25,000 nt of DNA from NCBI GenBank assembly GCA_030704615.1, contig JAKLZA010000026.1:1-25000 (forward strand), read 5' to 3'. Source of the stretch: Takakia lepidozioides (Eukaryota; Plantae; Bryophyta). The number at the start of each line of letters is the position of its first letter. The stretch's first letter is position 1. The notes beneath the pieces were generated by a model, which was not told the origin of the DNA, did not search any database, and worked only from the letters and a program-made list of their open reading frames with translations. This document shows, piece by piece, positions 1 through 12,300 of this stretch. A program made the translations under genes and the position numbers.

Positions 1-2589
1 TTTGCAGCAAGTACAAGGATCCCTGCAGGCCTAGAAGGGCGATAAGCCGTAGGCGGCAGGGCGACAGCTTCCAAATAGTTCAAATTCTGCTTCCGATCAA
101 ATCATGCTAGAATAAAAGTGGCAATTACGTGAATAATTGACCAGTTGTAGATAACAATTCGACATGTAAATTTTTCACAATCTCAGCAGCTGCAACTGGT
201 ATGAATTCAATCTGGCAGCCATTTCTCTGCTCTGGGAAGCACGCTAAGTTTCACGAGATATTCTCGCAGATGTTCTTAGTAATCGCGTTCTGGGTATAAG
301 CCGAATTGGGCACGGTGCAAAGCTACGAAGCCTTTTAAACTGTTGACATGGGAGTCCAAATTTTTCACAGGGTGGTATTTGGCGCAGTTCTGGAAACTGG
401 GTGCCCAACAATTGTCAATCATACTAGCTCGGCCATTGAACATAGTTGATACCCAGATCACAGAACCTGTACTAATTTGGAAAGCGGGCAGATTGAACAA
501 GCAGGGACATCGTGAGAGACGATCATGCTGCGCGAGACTTTAATGCCTAAGTTACTCATCTGCTTCTTCTCAACTCGAGCTCGAGCATCCAGAGTGTCAA
601 AGTGCTTAATCACGCTCAGCATTTGAGCCCGGCGCTTGCAAAGGAAAGCAGTGTGCATCCTTTCAGGCGGGTTGCAGGCAAGTCCCGTACCACAGCAAGT
701 ATTAAACTCCCGACAAAGTTTACAATGAAGGGCATTGGGTGAGCATGGCAGGCCATGGCAGGAATTTGAGGCCCTCCAGTACAGTACTGATGCACAACGG
801 AAGCAAGGGAGTGGCGCCCGACATGACTACCGTATCCCGGAAGCGTGGCCATCTGTGGGCAGGAGAAGGCAGGAGAAGCGAACTTGATTGTGGGCTGTGT
901 ACTTGGCCTCGCGAGGAGCTCCGCTGCGTTTGCAGCTACATGATAGTGAAGGAAAATCACGAATTCGACTCACATCCGGTACAAAGCTCAAGAGTGCCCC
1001 AAGCGCAGTGTTTTCAATTCCAGAAGGCGTGAGAGCGTTTGCTACTCGAGTGTGCCTCTTTTGTGCCGCTTTCTAGGCTTTGTGCTACAGTCCTTGTACA
1101 AAAGCAGGAATTGTGTTTGAATCTTTCTTAATCTGCGGGTCTTGTACAATCATTAAGCACCAGTTTGCACCATACAATGGCAACTCTGGCATTGACGTGT
1201 GAACTTGATTAGAACTGGTGTTTTCCTTCATAACGGGAACTCATGAACTAAAGCTCAGGAAGTGATTCTTCACTATTGATCCCCAATTGGTACAAAGTAA
1301 ACGTTACTATCTTATTAGAAAGAAAATCTGATGCCCCAAACGCCGAAAAATTTAGTAATACTTAATAGGTTGAGAATGGAGACCTGAAGGACTTCCTGGA
1401 GCATTTTAGAAATTATACAAACATAGAAGCTTGCACGATAAGTGCAGGTCAAAACTTACAAGCAGGTGCATGGGATGGTGCTTAAATTGGGTCATGGTCA
1501 AACTTGAAAATTCCAGGTGCCCATCTGCCAAGACATGACAGGGCCAGTGTAGCGGAGATCGTCTTTTCCCAAAAGCTAACCATGCAGGGCTCCAGTTGAG
1601 AAAACGTGCAGGTCAAGAGATTCAAGTGTCTCAACAAGATGTGACAAGCTGCCAAGAAGCAGAAGAGTATGGAGCTCTTGAGTTTTTCCCTAAAGTCAAG
1701 GAATATAAACTGTGGTCATGGCAAAAGCAAGGTGACGCAGGTCAAGCGTTGCGAGACTGGTCAGATAAAGTGACAAGCTATAACATCGAGGTATCTAGAG
1801 CTCGGGCCAATTTAAAGATCAGCTGGATCACCCTGGCATAAAATTTTAAAGGCACCGCATGCAAGCCTAGAGCTCTGCAGGAATTTAAGCACAGCGGTCA
1901 GATAATTCGAATTCCAAAAGTGTTCATACTTGATACATGTAAATATATACGCTCGACCGAAGCTGACTCGTTTCTCAGCTCAGCAGTGATGATCACAAAC
2001 TAGCTTTATAAAACGTGCAGGTCAAGAGTGACACAAGCCTATGCAGCTTGCGACTGGTGGTGGCTGCAGGCAGGATCAAGCAATGATATGAACACTGCCA
2101 AGGCGCACACGAAGGGCTTGTGGGGGCCGCAGCTGCTCACATGGGATGCAGCAGGCAATGCTCACAGCAGCAGGCAGCTCTCTGCCCTGCAGCCCTGGTC
2201 GGCGCCGCTGCTCCTGCTCTGCATGTGCCGCTACACGACACCCCCTCACTTACCTCCCTCCATCATCTCCCTCCTGCCCTTTGTCCTTTCCCACCCACAC
2301 TCCCCCCCATTACCATCCCAATCTCTCCCTAGGGAAACCCATGTTCCCAAAGTGTTCCCAAACTCAAAACCACCATTACAAATCTTTCTCCACACCTCCT
2401 GCTTCACCAGCCGACGAGGGGAACTCATGTTCCCAAAATGTTCCAAAATCAAAACGAAGTTCCCAATCCTTTCGAGTACCTAATCGGGATTATTAGTAAG
2501 TTACTGTTTGTTTCCCAGCAGCAGCCACGAAGGTGATAAGAATCACGGGAATAGAGGGTCAACGGAAACAGGGATGCGTAGCAAAATTA

Positions 2590-3755
2590 GGTTTCGCGGG
2601 TCCGCAACGAGAACGGAGGAAACGGAATGATTCGTGTCCACGATAACTGGGATTTGGGGGCAGCCGGGCGGACTGGTGAACATCCATCCACGTCCGTCTG
2701 GGGACGTTCATCGAGGTGCGCGAGGATAGGGGGACGGGGGTGCGCGGGAATAGGGAGGGGCGTTAGGGGAGCGGATAACCTACCACGGCGCGCACATTGA
2801 CGTATGGCGGCGTTATACCGATCTACCCAACCGTAATCTACGGTCTGCGGTCTGCCCATTAAATTAAATTTTGGAGAGAGGCAGCAGCGCAGCGCAGTCT
2901 GTCCCGAGCTTCTCTTTGCGTCTTCGCTTTTTCTCTCTCTCTTTTGTGTTTTCGCTTTTGAAGAGAGAGAGAGAGAGGGAGGGAGGAAGGAAGGAGGGCC
3001 CACAGGAGGAGGAGAAGGGAAGCAGGCTGAGCTTGCATGCACTCTTGCTACGCTCGAGGAGGGCAGGCTGCTGGGGTGGCGAGCTATCGTCTCCGTCACT
3101 CAAGGCTTGGGGGATGTGCTGAGGGAGAGAGGTGAAGTAGAGGGGAAGGGAGAGAAGAGTTTAGAAGCTCTAGAGAAGAATCCCGAGGGAATTAAATAGA
3201 GAGAGGGATTGAGAGTGCAGAGAAAGGTGCAGAGAGAGGAGTCCTGAGGGAGGGGGTTTTACAGGAAGCAGGCTGGCGGGTCCGGGAAGAGGCGCGCTGA
3301 GGGAGCTCGGAGGGGAGGGGGGAGGGGGTGGGGACGGAGAGCGGGGAGGGTGGGGCCTGTCATCCGAGCTGGCCGAAAGCAGCAGAGCAGGGAAGCGGCC
3401 AGCAGAAGGGAACGAGGAATCGAGAGAAGGTGAGGAATTGGAAAGCTGGGGCAGGGAGAGGGAGGGGCTGGAGGGTTGGGGGCCGCCTCGGGAAAGGGAG
3501 CTGGAGCAAAGCTGGGGTAGAGACAGAGATCGACTGGAACAGTGGGAGATAGGCAACAGGGACACACGTGAATTTAGAGGTGGCTCAGAGAGGGCGTTGG
3601 AGAACCCTGGGCGCGACGCAGCTCTTATATCTGTCGACAGGGAACGAGGTGGCGTAGGGGCTGTGGAGAGTGCTGCCAGAAGCTCAGCCAGGCCGCGTTC
3701 TTGGGTGGGGTCTTCGGGTCGCAGGGAGGTAGCTGGTGGGTACGCTACTAATTCC
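2590..3755 (+). promoter_or_regulatory. Probable LBD proximal promoter (CpG-rich, 2590-2860) and long purine-rich 5' leader
   Basis: Abrupt rise in GC/CpG, a CT tract, then strong G/A strand skew up to the ATG; transcription start not determinable from sequence. Confidence 0.45.
2962..2977. repeat. (AG)8 microsatellite / GAGA element upstream of the LBD start codon
   Basis: agagagagagagagag. Confidence 0.7.
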
Positions 3756-4031
3756 ATGAGCAGCGGAGCACCATGTGGCGCCTGCAAGTTTCTTCGACGC
3801 AAGTGTGTGCGTGGCTGCATCTTTGCACCCTACTTTGGGGCTGAGCAGGGTGCGGCAAGATTCGCAGCAGTCCATAAGATATTTGGGGCCAGCAATGTGG
3901 CCAAGTTGTTGTTGCATATTCCGATTCCGAGGCGCTGCGATGCAGTGCTCACCATCAGTTATGAGGCGCAGGCACGCCTCTCGGATCCAGTCTATGGTTG
4001 TGTCGCCACCATCTTCGCCCTACAGCAACAG
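3756..4031 (+). CDS. LBD: LBD exon 1 (LOB domain)
   Basis: ATG at 3756 ([10 protein letters not shown]...) to CAG|GTTCAT donor; 92 codons. Confidence 0.93.
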
Positions 4032-5803
4032 GTTCATATGTGCCGCTCACTTCTTGAATTATCTCAGCTTGTGTCTGAAACCCTGACTTGTTGGAACTGG
4101 TGTTCATCACACAGTTTCTAGATAATTTCCATGTGCAAGGTAGATCTTTTGATTGCAATATGGTCTGCTGGTGGGTGGGTCATTTGAACATTACATATAC
4201 ATATCTAAATTCCAACCTTGCGGACATCACTCACATCCTGAACATTCCAAATTTATCCGACATCGAAGTTCACCTTGTGATAGCATTATCTAGGGCGAAC
4301 GAATAATTCGAATGTCAGAGTGAATCGGCAGACACATGTAAGCAGCTATAGCTTACCTACAGTACCTGGTAGAGATTCACGCTAGATCTTAGAATATTTA
4401 ACCGTCATATATATCTATCCAAGGCAATCATGGTAGTACGACAAAGGTGACACTTTAGACATTTCCGATCTAACAGTCTATAATAGATATGTACACCTTG
4501 AAAGCTCAAGCTGTGATCTGTAGCTACGCAACGACTAACTAGTGAAGTGTATCATCACCCCAGCAGGATCTCAGCGATAGGGATTACATGGCCCATTCAG
4601 CACCTAACATCTCAATTCGCCTAAAACTTAACTCCGCAGAATCTAGTGTCAAGCTGGATGTCAGTTTCCTCATATTGCTATCTCGATCAGAAAATTTTGT
4701 GGATACGGCTCAGTCCAATCTGCAGATCAATTGATTTGGTATTCATATTTAGCTGTAGAATTATCTCCAATATTTAGCTCCGGTGATTCCACTGAAGCTA
4801 TTTGAATATACACCTTGTACAGTCTGGAAACCAATCCGTGAGCGTACGAAGTCACGTAGCAGATTTCAAACTGGCCAGTCCAAAATGAACCATATTGCTC
4901 CCGAGGACTACACTATAACATATCTGTATCTTCCTTGTCAGAGATCATTTTCTTGATCTGTGAAATCCATAATTTTCATTACGCAACATGCCGTCGCTTG
5001 AGCACCCAGCTCTGATCCGACTGGTAAGTACTTACAAGAAGTGCCAGTACTCAGTAAACCATAGTGATTCAACAGAAAGTTTTTAAGCTTGAGTGAGATC
5101 ACACATTCCAGTGCAGGATGTTGCTTGATTTAGTGTCACCATATCTGAGAAAACTGGCGTCAGCTGGGTACTGTACAACATAATTTGCAAGGGACAGGAA
5201 CTTACATCATGCATTATAATGATCAACCTTTCTAAGATAAATTCCGCTAGAAGTTGCATATCCAATTGTCTTTCTGAAGTGATCTGCATAATGATCAACA
5301 ATCCAGTGGTCTCTCTACGTGTGACTAAGATATGTGTACAACAGGTGGCAAGTTTGCAAGCAGAGCTGGCCATTGTGCAGGCACAGCTAGCAAGTAGGCA
5401 GGCTGCAGCAGCAGCCCAACTTCAACAACAACACCATCACCATAACCATCACCTGCAGCAACATCAACAGCAAATAGGCCCATTGGCCGCATCAGCAATT
5501 GCTTCATCAGCCTACCTGCAGCACGATCACCCTCAGTTATCACCCACCTCGGCCATCTCCATGTCTATGGCTAGTGGGTCTGGATCCGGAGGTTCATATT
5601 CGAGAGTCAAGGAGGAGGGCCCGAGTAGCTTCCTTGGTATGCATTATGACTTGGGTATGACCTCCAACAGTCTGGAACCTATGTCGGCGGTCAGCCAACA
5701 GAGTCTGCTTGAATCTTTGGAGAAGGCTAGGAGTATGGAGTCCATGGATCAGTCGGATGATGGAGAACTACAGGCTCTTGCTTCCCTTCTCCGTAGGAAG
5801 TAG
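3756..5803 (+). CDS. LBD: LOB-domain (LBD/ASL) class I transcription factor, LBD20-like; join(3756..4031,5345..5803), 244 aa
   Basis: C-block [15 protein letters not shown] (CX2CX6CX3C), GAS block ([13 protein letters not shown]...[15 protein letters not shown]) and leucine-zipper LQQQ|[15 protein letters not shown] joined across a phase-0 GT-AG intron (4032-5344). The LBD20-like assignment rests on recalled motif similarity, not a database search. Confidence 0.95.
5345..5803 (+). CDS. LBD: LBD exon 2 (end of zipper, A/Q/H-rich and S-rich C-terminus)
   Basis: Acceptor CAACAG|GTG; [15 protein letters not shown]...LLRRK, TAG at 5801-5803. Confidence 0.92.
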   Translation: MASLQAELAIVQAQLASRQAAAAAQLQQQHHHHNHHLQQHQQQIGPLAASAIASSAYLQHDHPQLSPTSAISMSMASGSGSGGSYSRVKEEGPSSFLGMHYDLGMTSNSLEPMSAVSQQSLLESLEKARSMESMDQSDDGELQALASLLRRK

Positions 5804-8800
5804 ATGTTCATCTGTTAAGTCGACGTATGAAAAGGCTCACCATATTTGACCGCAAATTTCTTTAACAGTTTCCAAATACTGCTAGAGGTAACTCTTGCAA
5901 TGGCCATCCCGCCCAACAATATCCTACTGGCGCGTGGGCACAGCCGTAGTGAGAGATCTGGGATCAAGGATGTGCTAGTTGGTGGTGAAGTGGAAGGTTC
6001 ACGAACGCGTTAGAATATTTGATCCATAGCTCATGGAGGAATTACGGGAGCGAGGCCGAAGTAAGTTGTTCTCAGGGGGATGACGGTTGGGCTTGAAATC
6101 AGCAGGGGCATAGTATGTAGAATTTCAGAAATGTAGGAAAGTAGGAAGACCACTCTGGTGAAAAAGTGCAGCTCTAGACACAGAAATATGGACGTTATGT
6201 AGGCATAGGGTAGGATACAAGAAACTGAGATTCGAAGGAGGAACTCAATTGAGACGGCTCCAGCGCGAAATGAGTGCACATGCACATCTATGAGACGTCA
6301 TTGTCAGTTGCTGAAGTCACCTGTCAAGTTTCTTCGACTGCGTATAAGGCTAATGGCGGCTATTGAATGTAAGGTCCGTAGCACCTTAGACCGTTACCAT
6401 ATGATCAGTATCGTAGCAGTTTTTAAGTGATGCATCTGAAAAAATCCTGCAGTTGCAGCATCCCAAACTAGATATCTAATAACCAGCACGCAACATTTAG
6501 CATTTGAATTCAGATAAGTCTACAGATATTTAGGTTAAATATTTGGTTAAGAAGAATCTCCTCTCTAAGTTGGGAGCGAAGTACTGGTACAAATTGATCC
6601 ATGTTATGTTGTTCATGCCTGACCACCTGACACGGGTCTCTTTACTAACATCAACACTTTCACTCAGAGGGAACATCTTGTAGGGGTTGGCACCATCAAC
6701 GGGTAAAAGGCCCTGGCCTCCCTTGAGAAATTCGGAATCCCCAGCTCCTTCTCCCCTCCATCCTTTTCAGTTTTCATCGGACCCAGGTTTACGTTTCTAG
6801 GACTTGTACTAAGGCTCACATTGGAGAGCCAGTAAATATCAACTTAGACCTTACATTCCTTCTGAAACTTGACTCTCGGTGTTTTAATTAATTGGTTTCA
6901 ATTCTATTCGCTCATGTGGGTATTGATTCTATAATTCACGTAGTTTACATCTCACGTAAAGAAAATATTAATTCGTCTTTCAGCATGATCCCAGACTGAT
7001 CAACTATTTGCGATTCTATTCCCTCTCTTAATTAGGATTCCTCGACTCTCCATGTTGATCTTCGACCTTCTGCAGCCACCAGCCATATTCTTCTTATATC
7101 GGCCTCTCTCTTTTTCTCTTTAGTCTGTCTCTCTTCTCACACACTGCACAGTACGAACCAGCTACTTTGAGGCCTAAATACGGTAGATATCATCTGCAGG
7201 TGGTAAGGAAATATTGTATGCACAAGTGAGTCTCAGAGTTCAGTACATACACAGTTCACATCCTCTGCACATCGCCTCTAATATAGGCTCTGTTGAAACT
7301 TGACGTCCGATTAATGATGCAACAGTACTTTGTCCAAGGTTGGAGAGTATATATGCAAGCGGTCTGAGAGCTATTAAATCTAGAAGTTCAGCTACTCTTC
7401 TGTCCAGTGCTCGAGTCAGTCCTGAATATTGGTCCAGCAGACCAGCATGTGGACTGGTAGAAAAGGAGTAACAAAGCTGTAAACACAAGGTTTTTGCTCA
7501 AAATTTCATGTACCGTTCTTTGATTGGTGCTAGATCGATCATCGCATTTGATGGGGCAGTACAGTCGAGGCAGTACTGTGTGAGAATCATATGAAGATGA
7601 AAAGATAAACCTAAACAGTAAACTAATCTCGCTACAGTAATTAGTACATTTATTGAACTTTGTAAAAGTTTCGTACGTATGATAGCAGATTGATCAGCTT
7701 TTCCACAATCAAATTAGTGGTGTGAGAAGTGTACTTTTAAAACTAGTCTACTTCTAGACTAGTTATCGGGCAAGTAAAGCATCGCTGCTAGTCTATCATC
7801 GAATTGACATGATCCTCGGATTTATAAAAATGATCAAGTATAACGCTAACAATGAAATACTTTCATGACAGTGAGTCTCGGTTTTCCCCATCTTGCTTGA
7901 TAGAGATATCTTTTGGCTAACTAGACTTATCCAGAATGATACTCAAAAGAAATTAGGAGCTAAATGCATGAAGCAACTTGCCGGTGTGCAGACTTATATT
8001 GTACTGACTAAGCAGATTTGTCTCCTGGTTCTGAACTGGCCTGCACTCGGCTGACCAGTGACCCTCATGCGGTCTGCCCATCAAACTCGCCAATCCACTA
8101 TATATATTGATCCACCTAATCCAAGTATCATTAGAATCTTAAGCGATGCAAGACCAAAAGATGCACCGAGTATAACATTGAAGAGCATACAATAGGGGGT
8201 AAAAGCACAAGGAACATCATGGCTTGGCATTGCTACGGGACATTGACTCATCAGCGCGCTGTGCATACACAGCAGTTCCTAATTGGGGTGTAAGGGCCAG
8301 AGTGGCCGTTAGAATCTTTTGCTGTCCTTCACTTTTCTCCCAGCCAAGCTTTACAGTGAGTCTGGCCATTACTGGGCGCACAGCCGCCCCTCTTAAACAG
8401 GCTGTGTGCCCTTCGTCTGACTGCAGTTGTGGGACCAAAAATAGACTCTTGTTCTCTATGGTACAGTGTCTGGGTAACTGGAATTGTATTGTCAGTTACC
8501 GTTTCAGTTGCACTAACTGAAAATAGGCCACTGAAAGTTCTTCTGCTTGAGGAAAACATGTTACCATAACGGGAGCTGTCAGTGAGACTCAATCCTCAAT
8601 TGATAATCAGAAAAGGGGTTTCACCTGTTTCGGATGAAGCCTTTTGAAGGATTGTTATGATTGCTCTGTTGCTACAGAGACACATAGCCAATAACAGAAT
8701 GAATAGATTGCTGTTGATCCATTGACAGAGAAACCAACATGCCTCAACTCTGGTTTGAGACTTTGATCAATATGAATATGAAGGGACCACTTTTGGAATG

Positions 8801-9167
8801 CAAATGTATATTTCGTATGCCCTTTCCATAACCAATTACAACTTTTTCTGTATCTTACACCCTCCCCTGGCGACCAAATGAGGCAGGATACAGAATACTA
8901 TTACTTCAATTTTGAACAATGGTCACCAGCAACAAACCGACTCAGCAAAATGGACATGATCATCATACAAATGCTGGCAACAACCTCCATTCCACCCACT
9001 GAGGGCTGTCCCTCTCCTGGTCCTCTCTTCTGCCCCTCTCCCTATCCTCTTCTGCTGCTAGGATTAGAATGTTGCTGTAGCTCTCTTCTCTCTCTAGAAA
9101 TGACAGCTAGGTAGACCCAACACCACAGGAAAACCTGTGATGTCATACTAAGAAATGGGAACTCTTG

Positions 9168-9341
9168 TTAGTCCAGGGCTGAGTTATGGGCAGCCAGTTT
9201 TGAGTTAGCAGCAAGCGCTGCAGCATATCGGATGCGATCAGCATACACTTGTTGGCGGACATGCTCCACCTCCAGACGTTCCTTTTCCAACAGCCTTTCT
9301 AGCTCCTCAAAGTGCTCCATCTTTGTATACAGCTTCTTCAT
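9168..9341 (-). CDS. SWI3: SWI3 exon 9 (leucine zipper, stop)
   Basis: MKKLYTKMEHFEELERLLEKERLEVEHVRQQVYADRI...SALD-TAA. Confidence 0.9.
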   Translation of the reverse strand: MKKLYTKMEHFEELERLLEKERLEVEHVRQQVYADRIRYAAALAANSKLAAHNSALD

Positions 9342-12300
9342 CTGGCAATCGACATAAGACCACGATAATAAGTGAGGCTTTGCCAGGCAGTAAAACATTA
9401 GAAGTACGGATCTCAAAATTAGACGCCATATCTTCCTCCCTAAGTTGCTCTTCACAATATTAAATGATCTACATAAATGATATGTAGCTGGAAGAGTCAA
9501 TTTCTTGTCCCCATCTGTTTCAAGCCAAATGATGTTGCTGATCAAAGTGAGTCATGAGTCTCTCTGACAACCAGAAACACCCTCACACTGGAAGTACCTG
9601 AGTGTCAATAATGCTGGCCACAAGGTGCTCAATTTCCCGCTCCTCTTGATCGGCCAGGAGCTTGGCATTTGCTGCAGCTACACCAAAGGCTGTAGCCACA
9701 GCTGCCCTTGTTTGAACTGCTGAGGGTAGAGTATCAGTTGCCAATTTAGCAGTATTTTCAGCCTGTGTGTTAGGCCCCTCCATAGGTTCTTGAGTTCCAG
9801 GCTTCTCTGCACACCATAAGCATAGTCGACACATTATGAGCCCTCTCTCAATATCCCTCACCTTTAGTAGCAGGACAAAACTTCAATAAATGTACCGGAG
9901 GACAGGAAAGCATTACCTGCTTGTGACAGCTCCTCCTCCGGAGGGCATTGTGCAGACAAGGTGGCTTCTTTGGAGCTGCATGTACTCCAAAACAATGATC
10001 CCCAGCATATTAGAACCACAGAAAGCAATTGTTCTTAAAGATCCCAAGGTTTTAAACATGAGTACACCAACTTCCCACAGATAAACCCAAACATGAGGAC
10101 AGCAAGAACACCTTATTATCCGATCCAAGACTAATGTCACAAAACCTGAAAAGCAGTCTTGGACTAGAACACACCTGTCTGTATGGTCTGTGGTGGTTGG
10201 TTGAGAGATATCCTTGAGGCCTGCAGAATGCAAGCTCTGGGTTTGCTCAATGGCCAGCTGTAATGCGGCTGGGTCCTCTTCAGCTATGGCCACCACAGCA
10301 GCCTGGGCTGTGGCAGCTGCCACACGTGCACCCACTGTAGCTGATAGAAATGCTACCTGGAACAATCACCTCACATTTAATTTGATTGAGCTTTAGGAGC
10401 CCAATAGAGTATGATTTCACTAGATTCAATGTTAGTAACTAAGTGATCACAAGAGCAAGGCGAAGAAGTGTAATCACGACCAGTTAGGTAGGTGCTAGTA
10501 CTATCATCTAGCTCCTTGCGATAGCTTCAGAAAAGCATAACATTACATAGACAAACATTAAATCAGCTCAGCCAAACCTAGGATGAATGTGTAGTTCAGG
10601 TGGTGTCCCATTTTGGATCAGAAGGCAGGTGGTAGAAACATTGGTAAGGGTAAGACAGGTTATGCCATTCCAGGTCTTACCCAGCAGCACTTTGCTTTCA
10701 TGGTGAAGGAGAGCCAATCTCGACAATGCTAGATGTACAGAGTATATATATATATTTGAGCAGTCCCATCTGTCTTAATCACTTTAAGTGAGACGGCAAG
10801 ACTACTTTTGGCTCCTCAAGAGAGTCAAAGTGATTCACAGCTAGTGGCAAAATTCCCAGGGTTTTCGAAGCTCCCATCTGCCTACCTGAGAGAGGAGTGG
10901 ATGGCTGGTATCCGCGAAAGGTGTTAAAAAGTCATGCCCTACTGTGGACCCTGTTGCTGTTGGAGGCGTGCCCCGAGCAGCAACCTCCCCGTTTGTAGCT
11001 TCTCCAGCATTAGTAGGCTGTACTTCCCCAACCACAGGGGCCATGCCTTTCACCTTATCCTGGACCTTCCTATCCACATTGGTGGGCTGTGGATCCTCTC
11101 CCCCAGGTTCACCCACAAGACGATCTCCAAAAGGTAGCTGAATGAAATGTTTCACACATTCGCTCTTTGATTTTGTAGCCACATGATGCGCAACCTGATG
11201 ATAATCGTCCCACAAACACTGTACAGTGTAAGTAGACTCTGAAAAAATTAAAAGGAGGGAAGATTTCGACATACTGAGACTTACCACTGACACATACCCT
11301 AGCCGAATTCGACATCCTCGTCCCGGTTTGAGACATCATCAATTGCGGTTACTCGAAAAAGTGGAAGGATAAAAGTATGCCGACTAGGTACCCAGCTAAT
11401 TACATCTGCAAATTCCACATTCAACCATGAGTTCCTTCAAATCAGATTCTACAAGATCATACCTGGTTCCAATTATCACCATATCGCATGATGGCCTCCA
11501 GCAGCGATAATGTCTCCTTGCTTGTCCACTGATTGAGACTAGTTGGTTCGGCATCAATCCGCACAAACTCCTTGGCTGTTGCACCTGGCGGAAATTTCCC
11601 AGTTTTGAAGCAGTCTGGGCACAAGTCAACACCTGCCTGTTGCAGTTATGAGACACTTGTGAGTCAATCAAGTTTTGACGAACAACCCCTGCCTTGTACA
11701 TTAGTATCTCCAGCAGACGAGTGAGAAAGAAGAGCCAGTTAGAACCACGGAGCAGCCCAATTGTTTAGCTAAACATTTGTGACCCTCCTTAAATATAAAA
11801 TTAGCATACAAAGTGACACATAACAATGCTGGCACTTGTGTACATCGCGGTCTTTGTCAGGTACTACCCTCTCAGCCACTGTCACAAGACACTCTTTATG
11901 GCAGTTTGGTTGTTGCTGATACAATATTTCGGCAGGCAAGTATGCATCCCCTCATTTTCACAGAACTAAGGTACAGACCTTGCACTGACCTGCTCAAGGT
12001 GATAGCGCTGCTTCGAGCAATCTCCTCTGCAGGAGTGGCACCGAGATTCAATATCTGGCTTGTCAGGCCCCCCCGTGGGATCAGGTCCTGTGCTTTTACT
12101 CGTAGGAGAAAATACATTTTTGTGAGTGACCAGATTGCTTGCTGAAGACCTCCCTGCAAATCAGGGTGGATTCAATGTGATCGAGCCACTCACAGAATAC
12201 AGTTGAGTTGACATCCTGACTGGCTGACGAGGAGATTATTGCAAACCACTACAAGGCTGCTACAAGCAGATTCTCAATCATCAACATATGCTCATCTCTC

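Noticed and set aside
1-1100. Short ORFs as a gene or transposon fragment
   Set aside because: No recognisable domain, terminal repeat or consistent exon chain.
3170-3820. 216-aa antisense ORF and other P/S/L-rich ORFs at 2028-3567 and 14463-15773
   Set aside because: Low-complexity translations of GC-skewed leader or promoter DNA, mostly with non-ATG starts and no recognisable domains.
4026-5346. CAACAGGT at both ends of the LBD intron as a target-site duplication
   Set aside because: Largely explained by the CAG|GT splice consensus and Gln codons; this intron position is typical of class I LBD genes.
8081-8592. Cluster of overlapping 61-98 aa ORFs
   Set aside because: No motif and mostly non-ATG starts; consistent with chance ORFs in intergenic or 3' UTR sequence.
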